64,000 bases of DNA from contig JAISTX010000013.1 of the NCBI GenBank assembly GCA_031272365.1, forward strand, positions 256 to 64,255, written 5' to 3'. Origin of the DNA: Eubacteriales Family XIII. Incertae Sedis bacterium. GTDB lineage: Bacteria > Bacillota > Clostridia > Peptostreptococcales > Anaerovoracaceae. The position numbers and the translations under genes are program-made. Below are positions 46,157 to 56,150 of this stretch, piece after piece; position 1 is the stretch's first letter; the number at the start of each line of letters is the position of its first letter. The notes beneath the pieces were generated by a model. It had not been told where the DNA came from. It was given only the letters and a program-made list of their open reading frames with translations, and made no database searches.

Positions 46157-47344
46157 ATGGTAGAAAAATTGATCGACAGATTCGTGGGCGGGGCGGCCGG
46201 GCGCGAGGAGCGCGAGCGGTGCGGCCGCCTCTCCGGCATCACGGGCACGCTGCTCAACGCGCTGCTCGGCGCGCTCAAGCTTGCCGCCGGGCTCCTCACG
46301 GGCAGCATAGCCGTCATGGCCGACGCCGTGAACAACCTCACCGACGCGGCCGCCTCCGTGATCACCTTCGTCGGCTTCTCCTACGCGGCGAAGAAGAGCG
46401 ACGACGAGCACCCCTTCGGCCATGCGCGCGTCGAGTACATGACGGGCATGGTCGTGTCCGGCATCATCGTGCTCGCCGGGTGGGGGATCATCACGGAGTC
46501 CTACGAGAAGATCGTGAGCCCGGGGCCCGTGGCGCCCTCGCCGCTCGCGGCAGCCCTGCTCGTCGCCCTCATCCTCGTGAAGGCCTGGCTGTACCGGTTC
46601 AACCTGGCGCTGTCCCGGCGCATCGGGAGCGCCTCGCTGAAGGCGACGGCCATAGACGCGCGCAACGACGTCATCTCCTCCGCCGTCGTGCTGGGCGCGC
46701 TGCTCGCGGCGCCGGTGTCAAGCTTCCCGGTTGACGGCGTCGTCGGGCTCGCCGTCGGCTGCTTCGTGATCTACTCGGGGCTGTCGATGGTGAAGGAGAC
46801 CGCCGCCCCGCTGCTCGGGCAGAACCCGGACCGGGCGGTGGTGGACGCCATCGCCCTTCTGGTCAAGGAGGAGCCCGGCGCGCTGGGGTACCACGACCTC
46901 ATCATCCACGACTACGGCCCGGGCCATGTCTTCGCGACGATCCACATCGAGGCCGACTCGCGCATGGACGTCTTCGACTCGCATCGGATGGTCGACAACA
47001 TCGAGCAGCGCGCGCAGGAAAGCCTCGGCGTGCTGCTCGTCGGCCACATGGACCCGATCGACACGCAGGACCTGCGCGTCGCCGAGATGCGCGTCGTGAT
47101 AGGGGACGCCCTCGCGGAGGTGCCCGGCGTGCGCGGGTTCCACGACCTGCGCCTCGTGCCCGGCGCAAGGTACACGCGCGTCATCTTCGACGTGGTCGTC
47201 TCGCACGAGGACCCGAAGGCCACCTTCGCGCTGGCCAAGAAGGCGGCGCAGCAGGCGCTGGGCTCCCGCGTGCGGGAACAGGGCCCCTATGTCGCCGTCG
47301 CAAACCTCGACTTGGACTACACCCCCCGCAATGGTGTAAAATGA
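46157..47344 (+). CDS. cation diffusion facilitator (CDF) family transporter
   Basis: LTGSIAVMADAVNNLTDA ... HPFGHARVEYM, plus a C-terminal cytoplasmic domain. Confidence 0.9.
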   Translation: MVEKLIDRFVGGAAGREERERCGRLSGITGTLLNALLGALKLAAGLLTGSIAVMADAVNNLTDAAASVITFVGFSYAAKKSDDEHPFGHARVEYMTGMVVSGIIVLAGWGIITESYEKIVSPGPVAPSPLAAALLVALILVKAWLYRFNLALSRRIGSASLKATAIDARNDVISSAVVLGALLAAPVSSFPVDGVVGLAVGCFVIYSGLSMVKETAAPLLGQNPDRAVVDAIALLVKEEPGALGYHDLIIHDYGPGHVFATIHIEADSRMDVFDSHRMVDNIEQRAQESLGVLLVGHMDPIDTQDLRVAEMRVVIGDALAEVPGVRGFHDLRLVPGARYTRVIFDVVVSHEDPKATFALAKKAAQQALGSRVREQGPYVAVANLDLDYTPRNGVK

Positions 47345-47379
47345 GTGGATAATATACAGAAAGAAAAGGAGTCGTTTAT

Positions 47380-47961
47380 ATGAGCCCCAAGCACAGCACA
47401 TTGTTCCGGTATATCCTATGCGCCCTCTTCGCCGCCTTGACGGGGGTGCTGTCCCAAGTGAACGTGCCGCTCGGGTTCACGCCCGTGCCGCTCAACCTTG
47501 CGCTTCTGTCGGTGCTGATCTGCGGCGGCGTGCTCGGCGCGAAGCGCGGCGCGATCGCGATCGCCGTGTACATCCTGCTCGGCATGGTCGGCGTCCCGGT
47601 GTTCGCAAACTTTCAGGGCGGCCTGGCCGCGATCGCCGGGCCGACGGGCGGCTATATCGTCGGCTACCTGCCGGCGGCGGTCATCATGGGCCTGCTGTCG
47701 GGCTGGACGCCGGCGGGCGGCTCCCCAGCCGCGCGGACGGGCAAGGGCATCGCGGTCTCGCTCGCGAAGGGCATCCCCGCGGTGGCGGCCTGCTACGCGC
47801 TCGGGACGGCGTGGTTCATGCATCTGCAGGGCGTCGGGTTCATGGCGGCGCTTTGGAGCTGCGTCATCCCGTTCATCCCCGTCGACGTGCTGAAGATCAT
47901 CTGCGCGTCGGTCGTCGTCGAGGCGCTGAAGCGCCCGATGCGCGTGCTGTCCCTGTCATGA
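47380..47961 (+). CDS. bioY: biotin transporter S component BioY
   Basis: PVPLNL... and GPTGGYIVGYL. Confidence 0.88.
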   Translation: MSPKHSTLFRYILCALFAALTGVLSQVNVPLGFTPVPLNLALLSVLICGGVLGAKRGAIAIAVYILLGMVGVPVFANFQGGLAAIAGPTGGYIVGYLPAAVIMGLLSGWTPAGGSPAARTGKGIAVSLAKGIPAVAACYALGTAWFMHLQGVGFMAALWSCVIPFIPVDVLKIICASVVVEALKRPMRVLSLS

Positions 47962-48605
47962 CGGGGCGCCCGGCGCAGGCGGATTTGAACGCGTACACGG
48001 CGGCCATCCTGGCCGGCGGCAAAAGCACCCGCATGGGGCGCGACAAACTGACGCTCGACTTCGGCGGCGCGGGGATGCTCGCCTCCTGCGCCGCGCGCTT
48101 CTCCGCGCGCTTCGGCCGCGTGGTGCTCAGCGTGGCGCGCGCGGGGGACTACCCGGACATCGGGCTCGAGCACATCGCAGACATCCACCCCGGCATAGGC
48201 CCGATCGCGGGCCTGCACGCCGTGCTGGCGGCACTCGCGGCGGAGGCCGGGGCGGAAGCGCCGACGCCCGCCCCGAAGGGCGTCTTCCTCTGCGCCGCCG
48301 ACATGCCCTACGCCAGCCCACAGGCCGCGGAGCGCATCTGCCTGCTCGGCGAGGGGTACGACGCCTGCGTGCCGGAGGACCCGGAGGGGCGCCCCGAGCC
48401 GCTGTTCGCCTGGTACGGCCTCTCCCTCCTGCCGCGCGCCGAGGAGGCCATCGCGAAAGGCCGCTACAAGATGGCCGGCCTGCTCAAGGAGGCGCACGTG
48501 CGCATCGCCGCCCCCACAGACCTCAAAGGCCTCTGGGACGCGAAGAGCCTCACGAACATCAACGACCCGGAGACGTACGAGCGCGAGAAAAACATGCTAC
48601 AATAG
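47958..48605 (+). CDS. mobA: molybdenum cofactor guanylyltransferase
   Basis: AAILAGGKSTRMGRDK. ATGA overlap with the bioY stop. Confidence 0.8.
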   Translation: MTGRPAQADLNAYTAAILAGGKSTRMGRDKLTLDFGGAGMLASCAARFSARFGRVVLSVARAGDYPDIGLEHIADIHPGIGPIAGLHAVLAALAAEAGAEAPTPAPKGVFLCAADMPYASPQAAERICLLGEGYDACVPEDPEGRPEPLFAWYGLSLLPRAEEAIAKGRYKMAGLLKEAHVRIAAPTDLKGLWDAKSLTNINDPETYEREKNMLQ

Positions 48606-48609
48606 CCCT

Positions 48610-49524
48610 ATGACGATCGACCAGATGCGGTGTTTTCTCGTAGCGGCGGAGACGCTCAATTTCACCGAGGCGGCGAAACGCCTGTACAGTTCGCAGCAGG
48701 TAGTCAGCAGGCAGATTGCAAACCTCGAGAAGGAGCTGGGCTTCCGCCTATTTGAGCGCACGACAAAACGCGTGGCGCTGACGCCGCAGGGGGAGGCGCT
48801 CCTCCCCGCCTGGGAGAAAGCCCTGCGCGAGATCGACGGCGCGGTCGCGAAGGCGGAGGCGCAGGCGCAGGACAAAAAGAACACGCTGCGGGTCGGCATC
48901 GTCGACACCGTGAAGGCGATCTCCATCGCCAAGAAGGCCTTCATCGACTACCTCGAGTCCTACGGCGGCAAGCAGCAGAAAGTCGTGATCGAGCACCAGA
49001 CCCTGCCCGCCGGCCAGCTGACGGACCTCCTGCTGTGGGGCGACATCGACGTCATCGTCGTGCTCTCCTCGGAGCTCTCCGAGCAGAAGATCGAGGGGAT
49101 GGAGGTGCAGGTCCTGAAGACGCTGGAGGAGTACATCGTCTTCTCGAAGCGGCACCCCTTCGCCCAGAAGTCCCGGATCACGCCGAAGGACATGAACAGC
49201 GAGACGCTGATCCTGCCGTCCGGGGCCTTCTCGCACGTGTCGAACGTCTACATCCTCGGCGCGCTGAAGGCGAAGAAGATCGCGCCGGACAAAGTCCGGT
49301 TCGTGGACACGATCGACAGCATGGAGCTCGCGCTGTACGCGGGGAAGGGCTACGCCATCGCGCCCGACATCTTCTTCGAGAACGCGGGCAACAGCCTCCG
49401 GTTCCGCCGCTTCTCCATGCCGGCCGACAAGCAGGAGGCCCTCGTCGCCGCCTGGTCGAAAAAGAACAAGAGCAAGCGCATCCGCGAATTCATCGAATAC
49501 CTCATCAAGCAATATATAGAATAA
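48610..49524 (+). CDS. LysR-family transcriptional regulator
   Basis: N-terminal HTH: FLVAAETLNFTEAAKRLYSSQQVVSRQIANLEKELG. Confidence 0.92.
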   Translation: MTIDQMRCFLVAAETLNFTEAAKRLYSSQQVVSRQIANLEKELGFRLFERTTKRVALTPQGEALLPAWEKALREIDGAVAKAEAQAQDKKNTLRVGIVDTVKAISIAKKAFIDYLESYGGKQQKVVIEHQTLPAGQLTDLLLWGDIDVIVVLSSELSEQKIEGMEVQVLKTLEEYIVFSKRHPFAQKSRITPKDMNSETLILPSGAFSHVSNVYILGALKAKKIAPDKVRFVDTIDSMELALYAGKGYAIAPDIFFENAGNSLRFRRFSMPADKQEALVAAWSKKNKSKRIREFIEYLIKQYIE

Positions 49525-49551
49525 TTATTCACAACGAAAACGCGTGAATAA
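49525..49551. promoter_or_regulatory. LysR-type T-N11-A palindrome TTATTCAC-N11-GTGAATAA
   Basis: Begins at the base after the LysR stop and lies upstream of the symporter operon. Confidence 0.6.
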
Positions 49552-49661
49552 CCGCCGTTTTACTGTTTCACAAACCCGCGCCGAAAGCGCATGATGGGGC
49601 TATCGAGAGATGGTTAGCTTTTTGAGTCAATCAAAGTCTGTTTGAGAGAGGATGGTGTTTT

Positions 49662-51125
49662 ATGGTCTTATCAATCGTCATCGTATATGAACTACTTTCC
49701 GTTGTCGGCGTCGGCCTCTTGATCCGCGTCCTTGCGAAGCGGCGCGGGGAGAGCGAGGACTTCGTCACGGCGAACCGCTCGCTGTCCGCGCCGGTCATCG
49801 GCGTGACGCTCGGCCTGACCTACCTCGGGTCGCTGCACGTCTTCGGCGTCATGGAGCTCGCGTGGGACATCGGCTTCGCGGCCATCTGGGTGTCCGTCGC
49901 GCACGTCGCGATGATCTGCGTGATCTGCCTCGCGTCGGGCCGGTGGGTGCGCAAGCTGCGCGTCGCCACCGTGCCGCAGATGATCGAGCAGCTGTTCGGC
50001 AAGCGCGTCCGCGTCGCGACCTCGTGCGCGAACGCGATGGTCGTCTTCGGCATGCTCACGATGGAGGCGCAGGCCATCGGCATCGTGCTCTCCACGCTCA
50101 CGCCGCTGTCCATCCAGGCCAGCGCGGTCATCGGCGGCGTCATCGGCCTGTTCTACGTGCTCTTCGCGGGCATGAAGGAGATCGGCATCATCAACCTGAT
50201 CAACACGGTCGTCATGTTCAGCGGCCTCATCGTGACGGGGCTGACGCTCGGCGGCTACCTGCCGAACGGCTGGGAGGGCGTGCAGGCCTACTACGAGACG
50301 AGCGCGCAGCTCGACAAGCTGAGCGTGCTCGGCAACCCCGCCGTCATCATCGCGTTCGGCATCCCGACGCTCATCTCCACGGTCTTCTCGCAGGGCATCA
50401 ACCAGCAGGGCCTGCAGGTCATGATGGCGGCGAAGTCCGAGCGCACCGTCTACAAATCGCTGCCGTGGGCGGCCATCATCAACGGCTCGTTCACGATCTT
50501 CACGGTCGGCATCGGCGTCGCGGCGCTGTCCATCCCGGAGCTCCAGGCGCTCGGCGCGAAGGTCGGCGGCCCCATGCTCATCGTCAACTACCTGCCGCCG
50601 TGGCTCGTCGCCTGGCTCTGCGCGGGCTTCCTCGGCGCCCTGCTCTCGACGTTCGCGACGAACGTGATGGCGCCGGCGACGCTGTTCATCAAGGACATCT
50701 ACGTCACCTGCTCGGGCTCCAAGGATAGCGAGGCGGAGCAGGCGAAGAAGATCCGCATCACGATCGTCGTGCTCGGCGTCATCTCCATCATCAGCAGCTT
50801 CTTCCTGCCGGAGATGGTCGCGGGCGCAAACTGGCTCTTCTCCTTCCTCGTGCCGATCTTCTGGGTCGCCGTCTACGGCCTGTTCTGGAAGACCTCGAAG
50901 AAGGCCGCGGAGGTCACGCTGTTCGGCACCTGGATCATCAACCTGATCTGGTCGTTCACGCCGCTGCCCGCCGCGCTCGGCATGGAGGGCGTGCTCAACA
51001 GCTACATCACGCTGGCCTGCTCGCTCGTGATCGGCGTCGTCGCGAACCTGGCGCTGCCCGGGGGCGAGGCGCTGTTCAAGACGATGAAGGCGAAGAAGGC
51101 GGAAGCGCTCGCCGCGGCGGAATAG
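49662..51125 (+). CDS. sodium:solute symporter (SSS) family transporter
   Basis: 487 aa, about 13 TM segments, with the typical SSS N-terminal pattern. Confidence 0.8.
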   Translation: MVLSIVIVYELLSVVGVGLLIRVLAKRRGESEDFVTANRSLSAPVIGVTLGLTYLGSLHVFGVMELAWDIGFAAIWVSVAHVAMICVICLASGRWVRKLRVATVPQMIEQLFGKRVRVATSCANAMVVFGMLTMEAQAIGIVLSTLTPLSIQASAVIGGVIGLFYVLFAGMKEIGIINLINTVVMFSGLIVTGLTLGGYLPNGWEGVQAYYETSAQLDKLSVLGNPAVIIAFGIPTLISTVFSQGINQQGLQVMMAAKSERTVYKSLPWAAIINGSFTIFTVGIGVAALSIPELQALGAKVGGPMLIVNYLPPWLVAWLCAGFLGALLSTFATNVMAPATLFIKDIYVTCSGSKDSEAEQAKKIRITIVVLGVISIISSFFLPEMVAGANWLFSFLVPIFWVAVYGLFWKTSKKAAEVTLFGTWIINLIWSFTPLPAALGMEGVLNSYITLACSLVIGVVANLALPGGEALFKTMKAKKAEALAAAE

Positions 51126-51140
51126 AAGGAGGGACAAGGA

Positions 51141-51272
51141 ATGTTATTCTACGATTTTTGGGGAAAATGCGAGCTCATCATGCTCGCCATCACGGTCGTG
51201 GCCATCCTGATCGGCCTGCCGATGTACAAGAAGATGTCCGACGGGTCGGACGAAGAGCAGGAAGAGGCATAG
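51141..51272 (+). CDS. 43-aa single-TM peptide (candidate symporter accessory subunit)
   Basis: AGGAGGG Shine-Dalgarno. MLFYDFWGKCELIMLAITVVAILIGLPMYKKMSDGSDEEQEEA*. Below the ORF-track cutoff. Confidence 0.55.
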   Translation: MLFYDFWGKCELIMLAITVVAILIGLPMYKKMSDGSDEEQEEA

Positions 51273-51284
51273 GGAGGTAAAAAC

Positions 51285-51383
51285 ATGAACGGATACCTGA
51301 TTTGGCAGCTCTGCATGATCGCCATCGCGGCCATCTACGCCGTGACCGCGGCCGTGCTGACGAAGCGCAACAAGCAGCAGTGA
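51285..51383 (+). CDS. 32-aa single-TM peptide (candidate symporter accessory subunit)
   Basis: GGGAGG Shine-Dalgarno. MNGYLIWQLCMIAIAAIYAVTAAVLTKRNKQQ*. Confidence 0.5.
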   Translation: MNGYLIWQLCMIAIAAIYAVTAAVLTKRNKQQ

Positions 51384-51429
51384 ATGGCAGTGATCAAACA
51401 ATAATGAATGAGAGGATGGTGAAGACGAG

Positions 51430-51774
51430 ATGAAAAAAGTGGAACTGAAAGACGTGCAGTCGTACGCGGCGCCCGGCCATTTCGGGATGACGGCGTTCCG
51501 GCTGCAGGGCAAAGAGGAGACGGGCATCCAGACGTTCTGGGTCGGCAAGTCGTACTTCCTGCCGGGCGGCGGCGCGGACTGGGCGTACGAGGAGAACAGC
51601 CCGAACGAGAAGGTGTACTACATCCTCTCCGGGGAGATCACGGTGAAGAGCAAGACGGAGACCTTCCTCCTGAAAGCGGGCGATTCGCTGTACATCGGGC
51701 CGAACGAAGGGCGTGAGATGATCAACGAGGGCCGCGAGGTCTGCGAGACGCTGGTCATCATCACCTACGCGTGA
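51430..51774 (+). CDS. cupin-domain protein
   Basis: 114 aa with a beta-barrel pattern: YYILSGEITV...GDSLYIGPNE. Confidence 0.7.
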   Translation: MKKVELKDVQSYAAPGHFGMTAFRLQGKEETGIQTFWVGKSYFLPGGGADWAYEENSPNEKVYYILSGEITVKSKTETFLLKAGDSLYIGPNEGREMINEGREVCETLVIITYA

Positions 51775-51785
51775 GGGCCTGTGCG

Positions 51786-52715
51786 ATGGGCATCAAGAAA
51801 GTAGCGGTGCTGGGCTCGGGCCTCATGGGCAACGGCCTGTGCCAGGTCTTCGCGAAGGACCCCGGCACCGAGGTCGTGCTCCGGTCCCGGTCGATGAAGG
51901 ACGACCCGCTCGCGGGCATCCGGAAAAACCTCGACCAGCTCGTGGAGCACGGCGCGATGGCCGGGGCGGACGCGGAGGCATCGCTCGGCCGCATCTCGTT
52001 CACAGACGACATGGAGGCGGCGCTGAAGGGCGCGGACCTCGTCGTCGAGTGCGTGCCGGAGGACATGCAGATCAAGCAGGACCTGTTTGCCGGGATCGAG
52101 CCGCTCGTGCGCGAGGACACGATCCTCGCGACGAACACCTCGGTCATGAGCATCACGCAGATCGCGTCGAAGACGCAGAAGAAGGACCGCGTCGTCGGCA
52201 CGCATTTCTGGAACCCGCCCTACCTCATCCCGCTCGTGGAGGTGGTCAAGGGCGAGGGGACCTCGATGGAGGTCGTGGACAAGACGTATGACTATCTGAA
52301 GAAGATCGGCAAGAAGCCCGTGAAATGCATGAAGGACGTGCAGGGCTTCGTGGCCAACCGGCTGCAGCACGCGCTGTGGCGCGAGGCGCTGTACATGGTC
52401 GAGGCCGGCATCGCCGACGCGGCGACCGTGGACGAGGCGCTGCGCTACGGGCCGGGGCTGCGCTGGCCGCACCTGGGCGTCCTGGAGAACGTGGACATGA
52501 TCGGGACGGACCTGTCGCTGTCGATCCAGCGCGGGGTGCTGCCGTACCTCGCCGACGGCCACGAGCCCTCGGCGCTGCTGGAGCAGCTCGTGGCAGACGG
52601 GAAGCTCGGCTTCAAGACGGGCGAAGGGTACCAGAAGTGGACGCCGGAGGAGGCGGACGCGCGCAACAAGGCGCTGCGGGCGTACCTCATCCGCGTGACA
52701 AAAGACCTGGCGTGA
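51786..52715 (+). CDS. 3-hydroxyacyl-CoA dehydrogenase-family NAD-dependent dehydrogenase (carnitine-dehydrogenase-like)
   Basis: VAVLGSGLMGNG Rossmann motif, THFWNPPYLIPLVEV, GFVANRLQHAL. Confidence 0.8.
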   Translation: MGIKKVAVLGSGLMGNGLCQVFAKDPGTEVVLRSRSMKDDPLAGIRKNLDQLVEHGAMAGADAEASLGRISFTDDMEAALKGADLVVECVPEDMQIKQDLFAGIEPLVREDTILATNTSVMSITQIASKTQKKDRVVGTHFWNPPYLIPLVEVVKGEGTSMEVVDKTYDYLKKIGKKPVKCMKDVQGFVANRLQHALWREALYMVEAGIADAATVDEALRYGPGLRWPHLGVLENVDMIGTDLSLSIQRGVLPYLADGHEPSALLEQLVADGKLGFKTGEGYQKWTPEEADARNKALRAYLIRVTKDLA

Positions 52716-52775
52716 CCAGGGCGGGCATGTAGGGGCGAACTGCGTTCGCCCGAAAGGAAGGAGGAGAAGAAGGAG

Positions 52776-53573
52776 ATGGCAATAACAGTTGAGAAGAAAT
52801 TCGTCGACAGCATGTTCTCGCTTGCGGGCAAGACCGCGATCGTGACGGGCGCGACGGGCGCGCTCGGCGGCGCGGTGGCCGCGGGCTACGGCTTCGCCGG
52901 CGCGAAGGTCGTGGCGAGCGCGCGCAGCAAGGACAAGCTCGAGGCGTACGCCTATGAGCTCAAGGCGGCGGGCATCGAGGCGACCAGCTTCGCCGCGGAC
53001 CCCGCGAGCGAGGAGGACGTGAAGGCGCTCGTGAAGGCTGCCGTGGACACGTACGGCGAGGTGAACATCCTCGGCGCCTGCCACGGCTTCAACGCGCCGA
53101 AGAACATCCTCGAGCAGACGACGGAGGAGTGGAAGAAGATCATGGACGCCGACGTCACGAGCATCTACCTGCTCGCGAAATACGTCGCGGCGCAGATGGC
53201 GGCGCAGGGGAAGGGCGGCAAGATGGTCATCACCTCCTCGGCCCGGTCGAAGATGGGCATGGCGGGCTACACCGGCTACTGCACGGCGAAGGGCGGCGTG
53301 GACCTCATGGTGCAGAGCCTCGCCTGCGACCTGACGACCCAGCACGGCATCAACGTCAACTCGATCAACCCGACCGTGTTCCGCTCGGACCTGACGGAGT
53401 GGATGTTCGACAAGGAGTCGGCCGTCTACCAAAACTTCCTCAAGCGCCTCCCGATCGGGCGGCTCGGGGAGCCGTCGGACTTCGTAGGGCTCGCGGTCTT
53501 CCTCGCGTCGCCGGCGTCGGATTTCCTGACGGGCGGCAACTACGACGCGACGGGCGGCTATTGGGCTTGTTAA
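52776..53573 (+). CDS. SDR-family oxidoreductase
   Basis: [11 protein letters not shown] ... YCTAKGG (YxxxK). Confidence 0.88.
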   Translation: MAITVEKKFVDSMFSLAGKTAIVTGATGALGGAVAAGYGFAGAKVVASARSKDKLEAYAYELKAAGIEATSFAADPASEEDVKALVKAAVDTYGEVNILGACHGFNAPKNILEQTTEEWKKIMDADVTSIYLLAKYVAAQMAAQGKGGKMVITSSARSKMGMAGYTGYCTAKGGVDLMVQSLACDLTTQHGINVNSINPTVFRSDLTEWMFDKESAVYQNFLKRLPIGRLGEPSDFVGLAVFLASPASDFLTGGNYDATGGYWAC

Positions 53574-53605
53574 ATTATTTATATAAGAAGAGAGGAGAAA
53601 AAATC

Positions 53606-54613
53606 ATGGGAAAGAAAGTATGGGTAGACCTGGCGCACCCCTTCAGCGCGGAGATCCCGCGGTGGCCGTATTTCGACAAGCCGGAGATCACGAACGCGCA
53701 CACGATGGCGAAGGGCGGCGTGCTCACGCAGAAGATCACGTGCACGATGCACACGGGCACGCACTGCGACGCGCCCCGGCACGTCATGGAGTACGAGTTT
53801 GACGGCCGGCGCGCGCGCTACACGCACGAGATGCCGGTGGACGCCTACACGGGCGACGCGGTTTGCCTCGAGATCCACATCAACAACTGGGGGCCGTACG
53901 CGAAGACGCGCAAGGCCGGCTACAACCCGGACTACGACAAGATCACGCGCGTGCCGACGCTCATCGGGCCCGAGCACCTCGACGACGCCTGCAAGCGGGC
54001 GGGCATCGACCCGAAGGAGCTCGAAGGCATGGTCGTCTGCCTCAACACGGGGCAGCACCGCGACTTCGACGACAGCAAAAACTACTACCACTACGCGGCC
54101 GGCACGGGCGTCGACGCGGGCCGGTGGTTCGTCGAGCACAAGGTCAAATGCGTGGCGATGGACAGCCAGGCGCTCGACCACCCGCTCCTCACGGCGATGG
54201 GCAACAACGGCATGACCAGGATGAACCTCATCGGCGCCTCGGGCATCCCGATCACGGAGGAGTACAAGAACGAGTTCGGCGAGGAGGCCTACGCGGAGTT
54301 CGACAAATTCGAGTACATCCGCATCTTCGGGCAGGAAGCCTACGACAAGAAGTTCGGCGACCTCGAGGCGATCGGCAACTGGGGCACGTGGGAGCCCTGC
54401 CACAAGATGATGCTCGGGCACGGCATCGTCGGCGTCGAGAACCTCGGCGGCGACCTCGACAAGGTCTCCGGCAAGCGCTTCCGCTTCTACTGCTTCCCGC
54501 TCAGGTGGTACCTCGGCGACGGCTCGATGGCGCGCTGCGCGGCGGAGATCGACGAGGACGACATCAACAAGGACGTCCCGGACCGCACCTACACCTACGG
54601 AGGGAACATCTGA
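53606..54613 (+). CDS. cyclase-family (kynurenine-formamidase-like) metal hydrolase
   Basis: HTGTHCDAPRH motif. Confidence 0.7.
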   Translation: MGKKVWVDLAHPFSAEIPRWPYFDKPEITNAHTMAKGGVLTQKITCTMHTGTHCDAPRHVMEYEFDGRRARYTHEMPVDAYTGDAVCLEIHINNWGPYAKTRKAGYNPDYDKITRVPTLIGPEHLDDACKRAGIDPKELEGMVVCLNTGQHRDFDDSKNYYHYAAGTGVDAGRWFVEHKVKCVAMDSQALDHPLLTAMGNNGMTRMNLIGASGIPITEEYKNEFGEEAYAEFDKFEYIRIFGQEAYDKKFGDLEAIGNWGTWEPCHKMMLGHGIVGVENLGGDLDKVSGKRFRFYCFPLRWYLGDGSMARCAAEIDEDDINKDVPDRTYTYGGNI

Positions 54614-55461
54614 TGAGCGATTTGAAGAATAAAAGAATCATCACGGTCGCGACGACGGGAGCCTGGCCGACGAAGGAAAACACGCCGAACGTGCCTTTGG
54701 AGCCGGAGGAGATCGCCGAGGAGGTCTATGCCTGCTGGAAGGAAGGGGCCGCCGTCGCGCATATCCACGTGCGCGACGACGAGGGCCGCGCCGCGATGGA
54801 GTTCGGGAAGTTCCAGAAGACCGTCGAGCTGATCCGCGCGAAGAAGGACTGCGACATCATCCTCAACCTGACGACGTCGGGTGGCGTCGGCCTCAAGGAG
54901 GAGGACCGCATCCGGCCCTTCTACGAGCTGAAGCCGGAGATGGCGTCCTACGACTGCGGCACGATGAACTGGCTGCACACGAGCGTCTTCGAGAACAACC
55001 CGGCCTTCCTCGAGAAGCTCGGCGGGCTCATGCAGGAGGTGGGCGTGAAGCCGGAGATCGAGGCGTTCGACCCCGGCATGATCTACAACGCAGCCTATTA
55101 TTTGAAGAAGGGCGTGCTGAAGGCGCCGCTGCACTTCCAGCTGTGCATGGGGTGCGCGGGCGGCATCGCGGCCTCCGTGAAAAACCTCGTCTTCATGAAG
55201 GAGACGATGGACTCGGTCGCGCCGGGCTCGACGTGGAGCACGTTCGGCGTCGGCGCGGGCGCGATGGAGATCCTGTACGCGGCGGTCGCGATGGGCGGCA
55301 ACGTGCGCGTCGGCATGGAGGACAACGTGCTGTACAAGAAGGGCGTCATCGCGGAGAACAACATGGTATTCGTCGCGCGCGCCAAGCGCATCATCGAGGA
55401 GTTTGGCTGTGAGGCCGCGACGCCCGCGGAGGCGCGGCAGATCCTGGGGTTGGCGCAATGA
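54613..55461 (+). CDS. beta-keto acid cleavage enzyme (BKACE/DUF849; 3-keto-5-aminohexanoate cleavage enzyme family)
   Basis: [10 protein letters not shown]...[13 protein letters not shown]...NLTTSGG. Confidence 0.8.
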   Translation: MSDLKNKRIITVATTGAWPTKENTPNVPLEPEEIAEEVYACWKEGAAVAHIHVRDDEGRAAMEFGKFQKTVELIRAKKDCDIILNLTTSGGVGLKEEDRIRPFYELKPEMASYDCGTMNWLHTSVFENNPAFLEKLGGLMQEVGVKPEIEAFDPGMIYNAAYYLKKGVLKAPLHFQLCMGCAGGIAASVKNLVFMKETMDSVAPGSTWSTFGVGAGAMEILYAAVAMGGNVRVGMEDNVLYKKGVIAENNMVFVARAKRIIEEFGCEAATPAEARQILGLAQ

Positions 55462-56150
55462 TCAACAAAGTGATCCCCGTGAAGGAAGCCGTCGAGAAGA
55501 TCCCCGACGGGGCGACGATCATGTTCGGCGGCTTCATGGGGTGCGGCAACGCGCACCGGCTGATCGGCGAGCTGGCGGGCAGCGGCAAGGGCGGCTTCAC
55601 GATCATCTCCAACGACGCGTCCATGCCGGGCGGGCCGATCGGGGACGAGCACTACGGCATCGCCAAGCTCATCCACAACCGCCAGGTCAAGAAGCTGATC
55701 GCGACGCACGTCGGGCTGAACCCCGAGGTGGCCGCGCAGGAGCAGGCCGGCGAGCTGGAGCTCGTGCTGATCCCGCAGGGCAGCTTCGCGGAGATGATCC
55801 GGGCGGGGGGCGCCGGCCTCGGCGGCGTCCTCACCCCCACGGGGGTCGGCACCCTCGTGGAGGAGAACCCCTACGCCGAGGGGCGGGTCGCCGTGGACGG
55901 CAGGGACTACCTGCTCATGAAGCCGCTCACGGCGGACATCGCAATCATCGCCGGCTACTACGTCGACAAGATCGGCAACGTCTGGTACAAAGGCACGATG
56001 CGCAACTTCAGCGCCGTCATGGCGACGGCCGCGGACGTGGTCATCGCCGAGGCGGCGCATATCGTGGAGGTCGGCGACATCGTGCCGGAGAACGTCATGA
56101 CGTCCTCGATCTTCGTCGACTACGTCGTGCCGGGCCTGGGAGGTGCATGA
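55458..56150 (+). CDS. 3-oxoacid CoA-transferase subunit A
   Basis: [20 protein letters not shown] overlaps on both sides. Confidence 0.88.
   Translation: MINKVIPVKEAVEKIPDGATIMFGGFMGCGNAHRLIGELAGSGKGGFTIISNDASMPGGPIGDEHYGIAKLIHNRQVKKLIATHVGLNPEVAAQEQAGELELVLIPQGSFAEMIRAGGAGLGGVLTPTGVGTLVEENPYAEGRVAVDGRDYLLMKPLTADIAIIAGYYVDKIGNVWYKGTMRNFSAVMATAADVVIAEAAHIVEVGDIVPENVMTSSIFVDYVVPGLGGA

Noticed and set aside
52733-52751. A hairpin, gggcgaac-tgc-gttcgccc, between the dehydrogenase and SDR genes, considered as a terminator.
   Set aside because: No T-run follows, and a strong Shine-Dalgarno and ATG come within 25 nt. It is more likely an intra-operon stabilising or REP-type hairpin, with insufficient evidence for any specific role.
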